Shown: positions 19,840 through 33,539, counted from the first letter of the stretch. The stretch is DNA of 64,000 nt from Thermodesulfobacteriota bacterium (GCA_965198945.1 CBDAQI010000012.1:1-64000); one strand, 5' to 3'. Translations and numbers: made by a program. The notes: a model not told the origin generated them from the letters alone.

Positions 19840-20778
19840 CTATTCTCCGCCCGATTCCAAAAATCTCTCCGCGTCAATGGCTGCGGCGCAGCCGCTTCCG
19901 GCGGCCGTGATTGCCTGTCTGTAGTGTCTGTCCTGCACGTCTCCGGCGGCGAAAACACCCGGAATATTCATCTCGGTCGTGCCCGGTTTTGTAATCAGAT
20001 ACCCGTCATTGTCCGTATCAAGGACGCCGTTGAAAATTGAAGTGTTTGGAATGTGGCCTATGGCCAGGAACATTCCCTCACAAGGTTTTTCAGATACCTC
20101 ACCGGTTTTGACATTTTTCAACACAACGCTTGTAACTCCGTCTTCTTCGGAGCCTTTTACCTCTTCAACCACCGAGTCCCAGATGAAATCAATCTTCGGG
20201 TTGTCAAACGCGCGCTTCCGCATTATTTTTGACGCGCGCAGGGTGTCGCGTCTGTGAATGACCGTAACTTTTGAGGCGAATTTTGTCAGAAAAGTCGCTT
20301 CTTCAATGGCGCTGTCTCCACCGCCGATAACCACTATTTCTTTGTCTTTATAGAAAAAACCGTCGCAGGTTGCGCAAGTGGAAACGCCCCGTCCGATAAG
20401 TTTTTTCTCCGATTCAAGACCAAGCGTTCTTGCCGAAGCGCCGGAGCAGATTATAAAGGTGTCGGCGCTTATCTCTTCTCCCGATGAGGTCTTTATTTTG
20501 CAAGGACGGGCAGAGAAGTCCACCGCTGATATTTCATCATTCACGCACTCGGCGCCGAAACGCTGCGCCTGTTTTCTCATTGAATCTATCAGCTCGGGCC
20601 CCATAATTCCGTCGGTGAATCCCGGAAAATTCTCAACATCGGTTGTGAGTGTCAACTGCCCGCCCGCTTCAAAACCCTCAAAAACAATCGGCTCAAGACT
20701 CGCCCGCGCCGTGTAGAGAGCGGCGGTGAGACCCGCAGGGCCTGAGCCCATTATTACAACTTTGCTGTGTTTTTTCAT
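19840..20778 (-). CDS. trxB: thioredoxin-disulfide reductase
   Basis: GSGPAG, CATCDG, GGGDSA and YRQAITAAG motifs. Confidence 0.97.
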   Translation of the reverse strand: MKKHSKVVIMGSGPAGLTAALYTARASLEPIVFEGFEAGGQLTLTTDVENFPGFTDGIMGPELIDSMRKQAQRFGAECVNDEISAVDFSARPCKIKTSSGEEISADTFIICSGASARTLGLESEKKLIGRGVSTCATCDGFFYKDKEIVVIGGGDSAIEEATFLTKFASKVTVIHRRDTLRASKIMRKRAFDNPKIDFIWDSVVEEVKGSEEDGVTSVVLKNVKTGEVSEKPCEGMFLAIGHIPNTSIFNGVLDTDNDGYLITKPGTTEMNIPGVFAAGDVQDRHYRQAITAAGSGCAAAIDAERFLESGGE

Positions 20779-20804
20779 TTAAAGAATTTGTCCTCCGTAA
20801 ACTT

Positions 20805-21814
20805 GTGTATTATGACTTCATCGGCACAAATAACAAAAATATTCCCGTCCAATACCGCCGGGCGCACGAGTCTTGTGCGATATTTGACATCTCCGAGAGA
20901 GACAAACTTGTTCTCGGCGGAAAAGACCATCTGAAATTTCTTCAGAACATTATCACAAACGATGTTTTGAAACTGTCGGCTGGAGAGGGTGTCCACTCAC
21001 TTATGCTAAACCGCAAAGGCAGAGTTCTCGCCGACATGAGGCTGTTCAGGAAAGATTCGGAGACATGTCTTGATATTGAACCCGAAACCGGGGAACCGAC
21101 GGCAAAGTATATGGAACAACTCAAACTTTCCTACAGGGTTGAGATAAAAAATGAGAGCGGCCGCGCGCTTTTTCATCTTGCGGGCCCCGGCGCATCAGAA
21201 GCGGTCTCAAGAGTTTTGGGACGGGATGTCCGAAAAATGAGCGTTTTTGAGCACTGTGAGTCAGCCGGGGACGATGCGCGCTTGTGGACAGCGCGAACGG
21301 ACAGGGTCGGCGTCCCCGGGTTTGACATTGAAACCGGCCGTGAAAATGCCGGAGAGATACTCGGGATTTTTGAAGAAAACGGCGTTTTCCCGGCAAGCGC
21401 TGAAACTTTTGAAATTTTGAGGGATAGAATCGGGAACACCCAAATACGGTGAAGATATGGACGATTCCGTAATAGCTCCCGAAACCGGTCTGGCCGATGC
21501 AATATCTTTTGAAAAGGGGTGTTATGTGGGGCAGGAAATTGTTGCCAGAGCACACTGGAGGGGCAGGGTGAACAGGCGACTTTCGGGATTTTTTGTTCAA
21601 ATCGCTGAACTTTCCGCCGGCCCGGGGCGGCATTGTTTCGTCCGAAGGCGCATCTGTGGGCCGCATAACTTCATCCGCATTTTCACCGGAATCGGGAGCG
21701 GTCGCCATGGGATACATAAGGCGCGAATTCTCCGCGCCGGGAACAGTGATCAAAACCGAGGACGGAACCGAGGGAGAGGTGGCGGAATTTCCGCTGCGCA
21801 AACCGGGTGTTTAA
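20805..21814 (+). CDS. ygfZ: folate-binding YgfZ/GcvT family protein with two +1 frameshifts (about 21422 and 21592)
   Basis: FLQNIITND and KGCYVGQE signature. Removing one base from AGGG and one from a T6 run joins three ORFs into one protein. Confidence 0.85.
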
Positions 21815-21996
21815 CCTCCGCATGTCTTTCCGATACGGCTTCCCGGCTCTCTCAGACCCGAAACTCTTTCCGTTCAGTATTTACAGTATCAAAAGCCGTT
21901 TTTCACTGTGGACAAACGGCGTGTTTTTTTTGTATAATTATAAAAGATTGACACCCCTTTTTACATACTGGAAAACAAACCCTTGGAGGCAAATAT

Positions 21997-24451
<2,455 letters not shown>

Positions 24452-24485
24452 GTGAAAATATCCGTTCCGTAATTAGGAGATTTGT

Positions 24486-25496
24486 ATGGCGGAAGGGGGT
24501 GACGCCGGCGGTCAGCCGGTCAGATTTACGGGTGACTCAGAGGCCTATTTTGGGATTTGGATTGCAAACGCATTCCTTTCAGGCATCACTCTGGGGATTT
24601 TCAGCGCATGGGCTAAAGTCCGTGACACTAAATACTTTTACGGAAACACCTTTGTTCTGGGAGAGTCTTTTGTCTATCATGCCACGGGCGGACAGATACT
24701 CAAGGGAAGGCTGATAGCCGTTTTTGCGATACTGTTTTTCTTTTTCATTTACATGATGGGCCAACCTTTGATTTCATTTGCGCTGGATTTGATATATCTG
24801 TTTCTTATACCGCTTGTTCTCAACAAGTCTTTTAAGTTCAATGCCCGGATGACCTCATGGCGCAATGTGCGCTTTGACTGGCATGGCAATTATTGGGGAA
24901 CTTTCAAAATTTTTTATCTTTACCCTTTGATGTGCATTTTATCTTTCGGTCTCGCGATTCCGCGCTGTGCGAGGGCGACTGCCAAGTATTATCTCAAATC
25001 CCACAGTTTGGGAACCACGCGCTTTTCGTTCGGTGCGAAGAAGTCACAATACTGGTCTGCGCTTGGCGGCGCGTTTATTGTTTTTCTGTGTTCCGCCGCC
25101 ATACCCGCCGGGGCTTTACTGTTATTTGCGTCTCCGGCATTTGTCATATATGCGTTCCCCGTCGGAATTTTATTTGCGTTTTTGTTTTTCAACGCCGCTG
25201 CTCTAAGAATACTCTTCCGTCATCTGGTTTTGGGACAGGTTGCGGAATTCAAGTCAAGTCTCAGTGTCAAAAAGTTTATGTGGATTTCCATTTCTAATTT
25301 TCTTGCTTGTCTCGGAACATTTTTTCTGGTCTTTCCCTGGGCCCGAATCAGGATGCATAAATATATTGCGGAAACGGTTTCGGTCATGCCTCGGGCCGGG
25401 ATTGACGCCTTTACCGATGAAAAAACTGATGACATTTCCTCTCTGGCAGAAGAATTCGCCGAGATTGAGGGTATTGATCTCGGTTTCGGTGTTTAA
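24486..25496 (+). CDS. YjgN/DUF898 family inner membrane protein
   Basis: FTG..EAYFGIWI, TLGIFSAWAKVR and TSWRNVRF motifs; paired with an M48 gene as is typical. Confidence 0.88.
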   Translation: MAEGGDAGGQPVRFTGDSEAYFGIWIANAFLSGITLGIFSAWAKVRDTKYFYGNTFVLGESFVYHATGGQILKGRLIAVFAILFFFFIYMMGQPLISFALDLIYLFLIPLVLNKSFKFNARMTSWRNVRFDWHGNYWGTFKIFYLYPLMCILSFGLAIPRCARATAKYYLKSHSLGTTRFSFGAKKSQYWSALGGAFIVFLCSAAIPAGALLLFASPAFVIYAFPVGILFAFLFFNAAALRILFRHLVLGQVAEFKSSLSVKKFMWISISNFLACLGTFFLVFPWARIRMHKYIAETVSVMPRAGIDAFTDEKTDDISSLAEEFAEIEGIDLGFGV

Positions 25497-25502
25497 TTTG
25501 AG

Positions 25503-26531
25503 ATGCGGGTTTGCGGAACACTTTATGACTCATACTCATCAAAAGGCCGCAGCGCCGTATTAGTTTTGGATAGCGATGAGTTTTACGCCGAGCTGACCGA
25601 TGCCGGAACCGTTGAGAATTTTGAGTTTGAAAGAGTTGAAGACAAACTGCCCGGAGTTCCGAGACGCATTTTTTTCAAATCGGCGCGAAGTTTTGTTCCG
25701 TCCGGTGATTTGCCGTCAGAGATTGAAAACTATTTTGACGGAAGCGGTTCACGATTCCTTCTATGGCTGGAGAAATTTTCTTTTTCAAAATCTTTGACTC
25801 TTTTTGCCACCTGCCTGCTGTTTTTCATTGGGGCGAGGGTTGCTCTTCCGGTTTTGGCGGACAGTATGGCAATGCGCGTGCCTCAAAGAATTGAGTCTAA
25901 AATTGGCAAGTCCGCATTTGAAAATCTTGATTATGTTGAGTTTGAGCCAAGCGCCCTTGAGCCGGAAAGGATTGCGCGTTTGAAAAACCAAGCCATGAAG
26001 ATGGCCGTTGCCGCGGGTTTTGAACCTCCGCCGGAGATATATTTCCGCAAATCAAAATATTTTGGCGCAAACGCTTTCGCTCTGCCGGGCGGCCCGGTCG
26101 TCATAACCGATGAGCTTGTGAAACATCTCGGTTCCGATGACCTTACGGTTGCCGTGATTGCTCATGAATATGCGCATATCAAGGCGAGGCACGGAATAAA
26201 GAATTTTCTGCACACAGCCGGTTTTTTTACGGTTGCGGCGATTTTTTTCGGGGCCAATGAAACCGTTCTTGAGGAAATAGCAGTGGCGGGAATAGCTTTA
26301 TCAAATCTTGACTACGGGCGCAGGCAGGAAATTGAAGCGGACACCATTGGGGCGGCAATTTTGTCCGATGCCGGGTTTGACCCCGGAAATATGGCAAAAG
26401 CGCTGAAATCTCTAAAGTCCATTCGCTGCGGGGAAGAAAACGGCGAAGAGAATTGCGCGGAAATTCCTCAATGGCTTTCCACTCATCCTTCAATTGATGA
26501 GCGCATTGGAAATCCTGACCTGACCGAGTAA
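25503..26531 (+). CDS. M48 family zinc metallopeptidase
   Basis: ANAFALPGG, HEYAH (HExxH), EIEAD and LSTHP...RI motifs. Confidence 0.9.
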   Translation: MRVCGTLYDSYSSKGRSAVLVLDSDEFYAELTDAGTVENFEFERVEDKLPGVPRRIFFKSARSFVPSGDLPSEIENYFDGSGSRFLLWLEKFSFSKSLTLFATCLLFFIGARVALPVLADSMAMRVPQRIESKIGKSAFENLDYVEFEPSALEPERIARLKNQAMKMAVAAGFEPPPEIYFRKSKYFGANAFALPGGPVVITDELVKHLGSDDLTVAVIAHEYAHIKARHGIKNFLHTAGFFTVAAIFFGANETVLEEIAVAGIALSNLDYGRRQEIEADTIGAAILSDAGFDPGNMAKALKSLKSIRCGEENGEENCAEIPQWLSTHPSIDERIGNPDLTE

Positions 26532-26578
26532 GTTTAAGACAATTTTATTGCGCGCAGCGCAGAATAGGGGAAACCAGA

Positions 26579-26992
26579 ATGTTTGGAATAATTTTTCTTT
26601 TGCTTTCGGCCGTTTCAATAGTAGGTTGGTGGAAGGTTTTTGAAAAGGCGGGCAGGCCCGGCTGGGCGGCTCTGATTCCGGTCTATAATTTTCTCCTTCT
26701 GCTTGACATAGCCGGAATAAGGCGTCCCTGGCTGCTTTTGCCCTTTGTCGTTTTCATCTTTTACACTATTCTTCTCTACATACTAGTTTCCGGCACAGCC
26801 AAATTTTCCAACACATCCGGAATCATAATGGGGCAGTTGTTTTTCTTTTTTCTTTATATGGTTACCAGCGTAAGACTTTCTCTGAATTTCGGCAAGAGGT
26901 GGCCCTTCGGTCTGGGGCTTTTTTTTTCCCCTTTTGTTTTTTTTCTGATTCTCGGATTTGGCAAATCCGTTTATCAGCCGAGGAAAAATTAG
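26579..26992 (+). CDS. DUF5684-like small membrane protein
   Basis: WKVFEKAGRPGWAALIPVYN and FGK..GFG motifs. Confidence 0.8.
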   Translation: MFGIIFLLLSAVSIVGWWKVFEKAGRPGWAALIPVYNFLLLLDIAGIRRPWLLLPFVVFIFYTILLYILVSGTAKFSNTSGIIMGQLFFFFLYMVTSVRLSLNFGKRWPFGLGLFFSPFVFFLILGFGKSVYQPRKN

Positions 26993-28701
26993 ATTTTGAT
27001 GTTTTCCGCAATTTTCAGAGCGGCTTTTCCGGGGTCCACTTTTTCCGTCCGGTTTGCAAGACGGTTTTTGACCTCAACAATTCCGTCTTTGAGGCCTCTC
27101 GGCCCTATGATGACATGAAACGGGATGCCGGTCAGTTCGCAGTCTTTGAATTTTACGCCTGCGCTTTCTTCCCTGTCGTCAATAAGCGCTTCCACGCCTG
27201 AGTCAATCAGGCCGTTGTAAATCTCCTCCGAGGCGGAAACGGTCTGTTGATCTCCCATGCTTGTTGGGATTACAACCGCTTCAAAGGGCGCGATTGCGGG
27301 CGGAATCACCATTGATTTTCCGTCGTTATTCTGTTCTATTGCCGCGGCGGCTGTTCTTCCTATCCCTATTCCGTAGCAGCCCATTACAAAAGGCTTTTTC
27401 TCTCCGTCCGAATCCGTGAAGGTTGCTTTCATAGCCTCGCTGTATTTTGTTCCGAGCAGAAACACGTGCCCAACCTCTATGCCCCGCACTGAAGACAGCG
27501 CACCCTCTTCACATTCCGGACAACCGTCTCCGTCTTCGGACTTGTGGATATCAAAAAAACCGTCGGGCGTAAAATCTCTTCCCTCTGAGACTCCGGTTAT
27601 GTGAACGTCCTTTTTATTGCCTCCGACAACCGCCCCGCTGATACCGCGAATTGAATTGTCCGCCACCATTCTGATTTTCTTTTTCATCCCCACTGGCCCG
27701 CTGAACCCGACCGCTCCGCCGGAAACTTTTAAAATCTCATCCTTGCCAGCAAGTTCCAAGGTTTCCGCGCCGAGAGTTTTCCTCAATTTTGTAAGACTCA
27801 GCTCCCTGTCACCGCGAACAAGGGCTGAAACCGTCTCGGTGTCGGTTTTGATTATCATGGTTTTTATCACTTTTGAGATTTCAGTTTTGAGAAATTTCGC
27901 CACATCGCCTGCGGTTTTAAGACCCGGCGTTTCAACTTCCCGCATTTCCTCCCCCCGTCCCCCGGCGCTTTCGGGTTGCGGTTCCCTTACCGCCGCAAGC
28001 TCAAGATTTGCGGAATAACCGCAATTTTCACAGTTCATAACCACATCTTCGCCGGTCGGCGCAAGCACCATAAACTCATGAGACTTACTTCCCCCTATGC
28101 TTCCGGTGTCCGCGAGAACTGCGCGGAAATCAAGACCGCAACGCTTGAAAATTCTGCCATAAGCGTCATACATTTTCCGGTAGGCCTCTTTTGCCCCTTC
28201 AATTGAAGAGTCAAAGCTGTAGGCGTCTTTCATTATGAATTCCCGCGCCCGCATTACGCCGAAACGGGGCCGGATCTCATCCCTGAACTTTGTTTGAATC
28301 TGATAGAAGTTTTTAGGCAGGTCTTTGTATGAACGCAAATCCTTCACGGCAAGATCGGTTATGACTTCCTCGTGTGTGGGGCCTATGCAGAAATCACGAT
28401 CCGCTCTGTCCTTAAAGCGCAGAAGCTCTCTGCCGTAAAGTTTCCACCTTCCGCTTTTCTTCCAGAGCTCCGCCGGAGCCACAGCCGGAAGAAGAAGTTC
28501 GGTTGCCCCGGCCGCGTCCATTTCTTCGCGGACAATTTTCTCTATTTTTTTCAAAAAACGCAGGCCGAGAGGCATGTAGTCATAAATTCCCGCCGCGACC
28601 TTTCTTATCATTCCCGCCCTTATCATAAGTTTGTGGCTTGCAACCTCTGCGTCTGACGGGTCGTTTTTCAGAGTTGGTATGAAATATCGGGAAAATCTCA
28701 A
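26989..28701 (-). CDS. proS: proline--tRNA ligase with INS editing domain
   Basis: GPTHEE, QTKFRDEIRPRFG and MGCYGIG motifs. Confidence 0.98.
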   Translation of the reverse strand: MRFSRYFIPTLKNDPSDAEVASHKLMIRAGMIRKVAAGIYDYMPLGLRFLKKIEKIVREEMDAAGATELLLPAVAPAELWKKSGRWKLYGRELLRFKDRADRDFCIGPTHEEVITDLAVKDLRSYKDLPKNFYQIQTKFRDEIRPRFGVMRAREFIMKDAYSFDSSIEGAKEAYRKMYDAYGRIFKRCGLDFRAVLADTGSIGGSKSHEFMVLAPTGEDVVMNCENCGYSANLELAAVREPQPESAGGRGEEMREVETPGLKTAGDVAKFLKTEISKVIKTMIIKTDTETVSALVRGDRELSLTKLRKTLGAETLELAGKDEILKVSGGAVGFSGPVGMKKKIRMVADNSIRGISGAVVGGNKKDVHITGVSEGRDFTPDGFFDIHKSEDGDGCPECEEGALSSVRGIEVGHVFLLGTKYSEAMKATFTDSDGEKKPFVMGCYGIGIGRTAAAAIEQNNDGKSMVIPPAIAPFEAVVIPTSMGDQQTVSASEEIYNGLIDSGVEALIDDREESAGVKFKDCELTGIPFHVIIGPRGLKDGIVEVKNRLANRTEKVDPGKAALKIAENIKI

Positions 28702-28728
28702 AATATGGTATCTCCGGGAGAAGCCGTG

Positions 28729-29787
28729 TTATGCGGTATATGTTTCAATCTCTTTCATAAGTTCATCAACAATTTGTGACTCTTTGAAAGAGCGAACGAG
28801 TTTGCCGTCTTTGTAAAGCATGCCTTTGCCTCTTCCGCCCGCTATGCCGATGTCGGCGTCGCTTGCCTCTCCGGGGCCGTTTACAACGCAGCCCAGAATT
28901 GCTACTCTTACGGGTTTGGACAAATTAAGCGAGTTCGTGCGCTTTTCAACATCATGAACAAGTTTCATCAAATCTATTTCAAGACGCCCGCAGCCGGGGC
29001 ACGATATTATTTCAACCCCGTTTCTTCTCATGCCTATTGATTTGAGGATGTTTATCCCGACCGCTATTTCCTCAACGGGGTCTCCGGTCAGCGAAACCCT
29101 TATTGTGTCTCCGATGCCTTTTGTAAGCAGAGCTCCGATTCCAACCGAGGATTTGATTGTTCCCATCGCAGGGGTTCCGGCTTCGGTAACTCCGAGATGA
29201 AGCGCGTATTCGGTCTGCCGTGCGATGATTTCATATGCCTCTATCATTCTCAGCACATCGGTTGATTTGACTGATATTTTTATTTCGTGAAAGTCAAGGT
29301 CTTCAAGAATTTCCGCGTGTCTCAATGCGCTTTCGGCAATGGCGTCCGCGCTTGGCGAGCCGTGTTTTTTAAGGATGTCTTTTTCAAGTGAACCGGAATT
29401 CACGCCTATTCTTATAGGTATTTCTCTTCCTCTGCAGGCGTTGACGACTTCTCTGATTTTTTGCTTGGAGCCTATGTTGCCGGGATTTATTCTCATCGCA
29501 TCAACGCCCTGTTTAATGGCTGTCAGCGCAAGTTTGTGGTCAAAATGTATGTCTGAAACAATCGGTATCCGGGTTTGGCGTTTAATTTCCCCAAGCGCGT
29601 TTGCCGCTTCCATATCGGGCACGGCAAGACGCACAATATCGCATCCGGCTTCTTCAAGACGCCGTATTTCACCAACTGTCGCAGAGACATTGCGCGTGTC
29701 TGTTTTTGTCATGGATTGGACGGAGATGGGAGCGCCGCCGCCGACTTCAACATCACCGATTTTAATTTTCCGGGAAATTCTTCTCAA
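28729..29787 (-). CDS. ispG: HMBPP synthase (GcpE)
   Basis: VQSMT, RINPGN, HLGVTEAG, CPGCGR and GCVVNGPGE motifs. Start set at TTG 29787, just below a TTGACA-17-TACTTT promoter. Confidence 0.95.
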   Translation of the reverse strand: MRRISRKIKIGDVEVGGGAPISVQSMTKTDTRNVSATVGEIRRLEEAGCDIVRLAVPDMEAANALGEIKRQTRIPIVSDIHFDHKLALTAIKQGVDAMRINPGNIGSKQKIREVVNACRGREIPIRIGVNSGSLEKDILKKHGSPSADAIAESALRHAEILEDLDFHEIKISVKSTDVLRMIEAYEIIARQTEYALHLGVTEAGTPAMGTIKSSVGIGALLTKGIGDTIRVSLTGDPVEEIAVGINILKSIGMRRNGVEIISCPGCGRLEIDLMKLVHDVEKRTNSLNLSKPVRVAILGCVVNGPGEASDADIGIAGGRGKGMLYKDGKLVRSFKESQIVDELMKEIETYTA

Positions 29788-29829
29788 GGCGCGAGAAAAG
29801 TAGTTTATGAGCGGCGTTGTGTCAAGCAT

Positions 29830-30130
29830 TAACCCGCTTGCTCTCCAAACTGTTCCGGAACATTTGTCCAACTTGGAAAATTTCTCCATTCCGGCGGTAT
29901 ATGTCTTTTTTGATCAAAACAGTGCTTGGTTCACTTACAGTTTGAGACAATTCACCCATTTATTGATGACAACGGCAGGGTCGGGCATTTCCTTGATTCA
30001 AATTCTGTTCGGAGAGTCCGGTGAAAGGCGGATATTGTCTAAGACGGAGGCATTTGTGCATAAATTGCTTTGGCTCAGGAGACTGAAAAAGTATTTGGTC
30101 GGATTCGGGAGAGAATGGCTGTATTCGGGT
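29830..30130 (+). pseudogene. decayed Fic-domain gene fragment
   Basis: 29926-29988 reads LVHLQFETIHPFIDDNGRVGH, a degenerate HPFxDGNGRxGR motif. It is preceded in another frame by VPEHLSNLENF. Confidence 0.7.
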
Positions 30131-30132
30131 GT

Positions 30133-30786
30133 TCAAGTCCCGGAGAAAAGGTCTTCTCTCATATAGTTGGGCGCAAACGAGAAGGCCGTTTCAGTTTTTC
30201 CCTCGTCCATCCGTTGTAGTCCCAGAGCCGCGCAAACGGACGCCCTTGAGTTCTGAACTTTGAAGTTCGGCAGTTCGGGCTTTTCGCCGGAGCCGTCTTC
30301 CTGCAAAACGGCCGTCAGGGAATCCGCTTCCAATCCGGCAAGGTGTTTTTCAATCTCTCCGGCTTTTGTCACCGCATCTTCGGACAGCCTTGTGCTCCGT
30401 TCCCCGTGTTTTTTGAAAAGAGCCCAGAAAAACATCCCGCTTCTTGCGTTTATCGCCGCGCACACGGCACCGCCCGGCGGGCAGTCCGCGCTTGAGGCGA
30501 GAATTTCAAGTGACGGAACGGCCGCGATGGGAATTTTCAGGGCGTAGGCAAAAGATTTTGCCATTGCCGCGCCGATTTTAAGTGATGAGAAAAACCCCGG
30601 TCCGGAAGAAACGGCTATCAGTCCTATCTCGTTTTTGTCGGTCGCGCTTTCATTCAAGATTGCGTCCACCGAAAGAGCCAGTTCCTCGGAGTTTTTGGTT
30701 ACGGTTTTTTCGGCTATGGCGCTTCCTTCTTCCACAAGAGCAATGCTTCCCCTGTGGGTTGAAGACTCAATAGCCAGAATTTTCAT
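30133..30786 (-). CDS. tsaB: tRNA t6A biosynthesis protein TsaB
   Basis: ILAIESST, GPGFFSSLKIG, INAR and PNYMR motifs. Confidence 0.88.
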   Translation of the reverse strand: MKILAIESSTHRGSIALVEEGSAIAEKTVTKNSEELALSVDAILNESATDKNEIGLIAVSSGPGFFSSLKIGAAMAKSFAYALKIPIAAVPSLEILASSADCPPGGAVCAAINARSGMFFWALFKKHGERSTRLSEDAVTKAGEIEKHLAGLEADSLTAVLQEDGSGEKPELPNFKVQNSRASVCAALGLQRMDEGKTETAFSFAPNYMREDLFSGT

Positions 30787-30788
30787 AG

Positions 30789-31811
30789 TCAGGAATCTTT
30801 GACTCCGGCTTTGCCCAGAATGGCTTTTCGTATTTGGCGGGCGAGCGGAAGGTTGCCCGCGAGAAAATCAATGGCTTTCTGCCTTCCCTGTCCCAGTTTC
30901 TGTTCACCGTAGGAAAAATAGGCCCCTTTCTGTTCAATAATGCCGTATTGCGCTCCCACATCCAGGAGCTCGCCGAATTTGGAAATTCCCCTGCCATAGA
31001 CGATTTCCACCTCCGCGGCTCTGAACGGCGGGGCGACTTTATTTTTCACCACTCGCACCCTCGCCTTTATTCCCGTTATTTTGTCGTCTTTGTCTTTGAC
31101 CGAGGATATTCTTCTCACATCCATTCTTACCGAAGAATAAAAGCGCAGCGCGGTTCCCCCGGTTGTTGTTTCAGGGTTCATGTAGGCCGGAACTCCGATT
31201 TTCTGTCTTGTCTGGTTTATGAAAATAACCGTCGTTCCCGATTTGTTAACATTGCCGGTCAGCTTTCTGAGGGCTTGTGACATCAGTCTCGCCTGAAGCC
31301 CCACATGCGTGTCTCCCATCTCGCCGTCTATCTCCGCTTTCGGCACGAGCGCCGCGACCGAATCAATGACTATAAGATCAACCGCCCCGGTTTTTACAAG
31401 CGTATCAACTATTTCAAGGGCCTGTTCGCCGCTGTCGGGCTGTGAGACCAGAAGGGTTTTGAGTTTGACTCCGAGGGCGGCCGCGTAGCGCGGGTCAAGA
31501 GCGTGTTCCGCGTCCACAAACGCCGCCATGCCTCCTTTTTTCTGACACTCGGCGATGGCGCTTATGGCTATTGTTGTTTTTCCCGAAGACTCCGCTCCGT
31601 ATATCTCAACAATTCTTCCCCTCGGCAGGCCGCCGACCCCGAGCGCTATGTTGATTCCCACAGACCCCGTGGAAACCACCTGTATGTCAGGCACTTTGCC
31701 GCTTGCCCCGAGCGTCATGATTGCTCCCTCGCCGAACTGTTTCTCTATGAGGGATATTGCTTTTTCAACTGAATTGTCCGTTTTTGAGGACTCAATTTTT
31801 TCTTTTGCCAT
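30789..31811 (-). CDS. recA: recombinase A
   Basis: [27 protein letters not shown] and KNKVAPPFR motifs. Confidence 0.99.
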   Translation of the reverse strand: MAKEKIESSKTDNSVEKAISLIEKQFGEGAIMTLGASGKVPDIQVVSTGSVGINIALGVGGLPRGRIVEIYGAESSGKTTIAISAIAECQKKGGMAAFVDAEHALDPRYAAALGVKLKTLLVSQPDSGEQALEIVDTLVKTGAVDLIVIDSVAALVPKAEIDGEMGDTHVGLQARLMSQALRKLTGNVNKSGTTVIFINQTRQKIGVPAYMNPETTTGGTALRFYSSVRMDVRRISSVKDKDDKITGIKARVRVVKNKVAPPFRAAEVEIVYGRGISKFGELLDVGAQYGIIEQKGAYFSYGEQKLGQGRQKAIDFLAGNLPLARQIRKAILGKAGVKDS

Positions 31812-31823
31812 TTGTTAATCCGT

Positions 31824-33077
31824 TTAAGCTCCGGGGCGCGGGAAACGCAGAGCCGATTTCATTATCATAAAAAGCGCCCAAGACACCGAGCGCTCTCTTA
31901 TCCGCGCGCGGTTGCCCCTGAATTCATATCTCACGCAAACAGCGCCGCCGGCATTTTCTCCCGCATCGGTGGCAATGTAAACAGTTCCAACCGGCTTTTC
32001 AACCGAGCCGCCCCCGGGCCCCGCTATTCCGGTTATTCCGACGCCGATGTCTGAACCGAAACGCTTTTTCGCCCCTTCCGCCATAGCCCTTGCAACCTCA
32101 TCGCTTACCGCTCCGTTTTTTTCAATGATTCCGGGGTCAATTCCGAGAATTTCACTTTTTGCCCCGTTTGAATATGCCGCGACGCCTCCGGGAAAATAAA
32201 CCGAACTTCCCGCCATGTCGGTAAGTGTGGACGACAGCCCGCCCGCCGTGCATGATTCCGCGGTCGCAACCGTAAGATTTTTCTCCCGCAGAGTCTGCGC
32301 AACGGCTTCGGCCAGACGTTCTCCCGATTTTGAAAAAGCATTTTCACCAAAATGTTCTTTGATTTGTTCGGCCGTTCTGTCAACCAACTCCGGGTCTTTG
32401 TCGTGAAAAACCCTCACCTGAATCTCATCACTGCTAATAATTCTGTAGGCGGTTTCCACATTTGTGATTTTCATTTTCTCCATTTTTTGCGCAAGTTCGG
32501 ACTCGGGTATGCCGAAAATCCCCACAGCCCTCAGTGAAAAAGAGAAAGATTCCTCGCCGCTCCTTTTCAGCACATCCGGCACCACAAAGTCGGTGATGAT
32601 ATGTCTGAATTCACCCGGAACTCCGGGAAGAAAATAGAAGACAGCACCCTTTGACTCACATACAAAGCCCGGAGAGACGCCGTTTGGATTCGGGATGATT
32701 TTCGCGTTTTCGGGAGCCATCGCCTGTTTCTTGTGCGCGGGCAGCATATTGCGCTTCATTTTTTTGAGGGCGTTTTTGACATGCCTGAGGGCTTCGGTGT
32801 TCCGGGCAAGGGGCTCTCCGAGAAAGTCCGCCGCGCACTCAAGGGTTAAATCGTCGGGCGTGGGGCCAAGACCGCCGCACACAATCGTAAAATCAGCTTT
32901 TCCGGAACTGCGAAGCGCGCTCACAATGTCTTTTCGTGAGTCTCCGACCGATATTCTGCGTTTCGGAGGGCTCATTCCCGCGCCGACAAACTCACGCGCG
33001 GCAAATGAAAAATTTCTGTCCTCCGTTGTTCCGGAAACGATTTCGTCTCCCACTGAAATAAATTCTATGTCAACCAA
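31824..33077 (-). CDS. cinA: CinA competence/damage-inducible protein (MoCF domain plus PncC NMN deamidase)
   Basis: GGLGPTPDDLT, LPGVP, AESCTAG and GITGIAGPGGG motifs; upstream of recA. Confidence 0.93.
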   Translation of the reverse strand: MVDIEFISVGDEIVSGTTEDRNFSFAAREFVGAGMSPPKRRISVGDSRKDIVSALRSSGKADFTIVCGGLGPTPDDLTLECAADFLGEPLARNTEALRHVKNALKKMKRNMLPAHKKQAMAPENAKIIPNPNGVSPGFVCESKGAVFYFLPGVPGEFRHIITDFVVPDVLKRSGEESFSFSLRAVGIFGIPESELAQKMEKMKITNVETAYRIISSDEIQVRVFHDKDPELVDRTAEQIKEHFGENAFSKSGERLAEAVAQTLREKNLTVATAESCTAGGLSSTLTDMAGSSVYFPGGVAAYSNGAKSEILGIDPGIIEKNGAVSDEVARAMAEGAKKRFGSDIGVGITGIAGPGGGSVEKPVGTVYIATDAGENAGGAVCVRYEFRGNRARIRERSVSWALFMIMKSALRFPRPGA

Positions 33078-33539
33078 GTCCGCCCACTTTTATAAATTTC
33101 AAAGCTCCGACGCAGAGCGCCGCGAGCAAGCCCGCGTAAATATCGTCCATAACTATACCCCAGCCACCGGGCAGCTTTTCAATCCGGCGCGAGGGGGGAA
33201 TTTTTAGTATGTCAAAAAATCTGAAAAGCAGAAAACCCGCGATAATTTCCCATTTTCCCCCGAAGACGGCAGCATTGCGGTAAAAAATCCGGCCGCTTCG
33301 TCAATAACTATCTTTTGCGGGTCTTTTTCACTGAAGGCAGGCGCGGCCCTGTCGCAGACAAAGACGGACACAAGCATAAAAATTATGCAGAAGAGCGCAA
33401 ACGGCGCTTTGCCCATGCCGGAGAGGAAAAGCGCATAAAAAAGCGCCGCGCCAATGGTGCCGAAGGTTCCCGGAGCCGCCGGAAGGTATCCGAGACCTAA
33501 GATGGAGGCGATGATTTTTTCAAGCCCGCCCGCTCTCAG
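33070..33539 (-). CDS. pgpA: phosphatidylglycerophosphatase A with one frameshift in a homopolymer near 33257
   Basis: GLGYLPAAPGTFGT and DPQKIVIDE, then after the shift FLLFRFFDILK...PGGWGIVMDD. Start is uncertain, possibly CTG at 33539. Confidence 0.85.
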
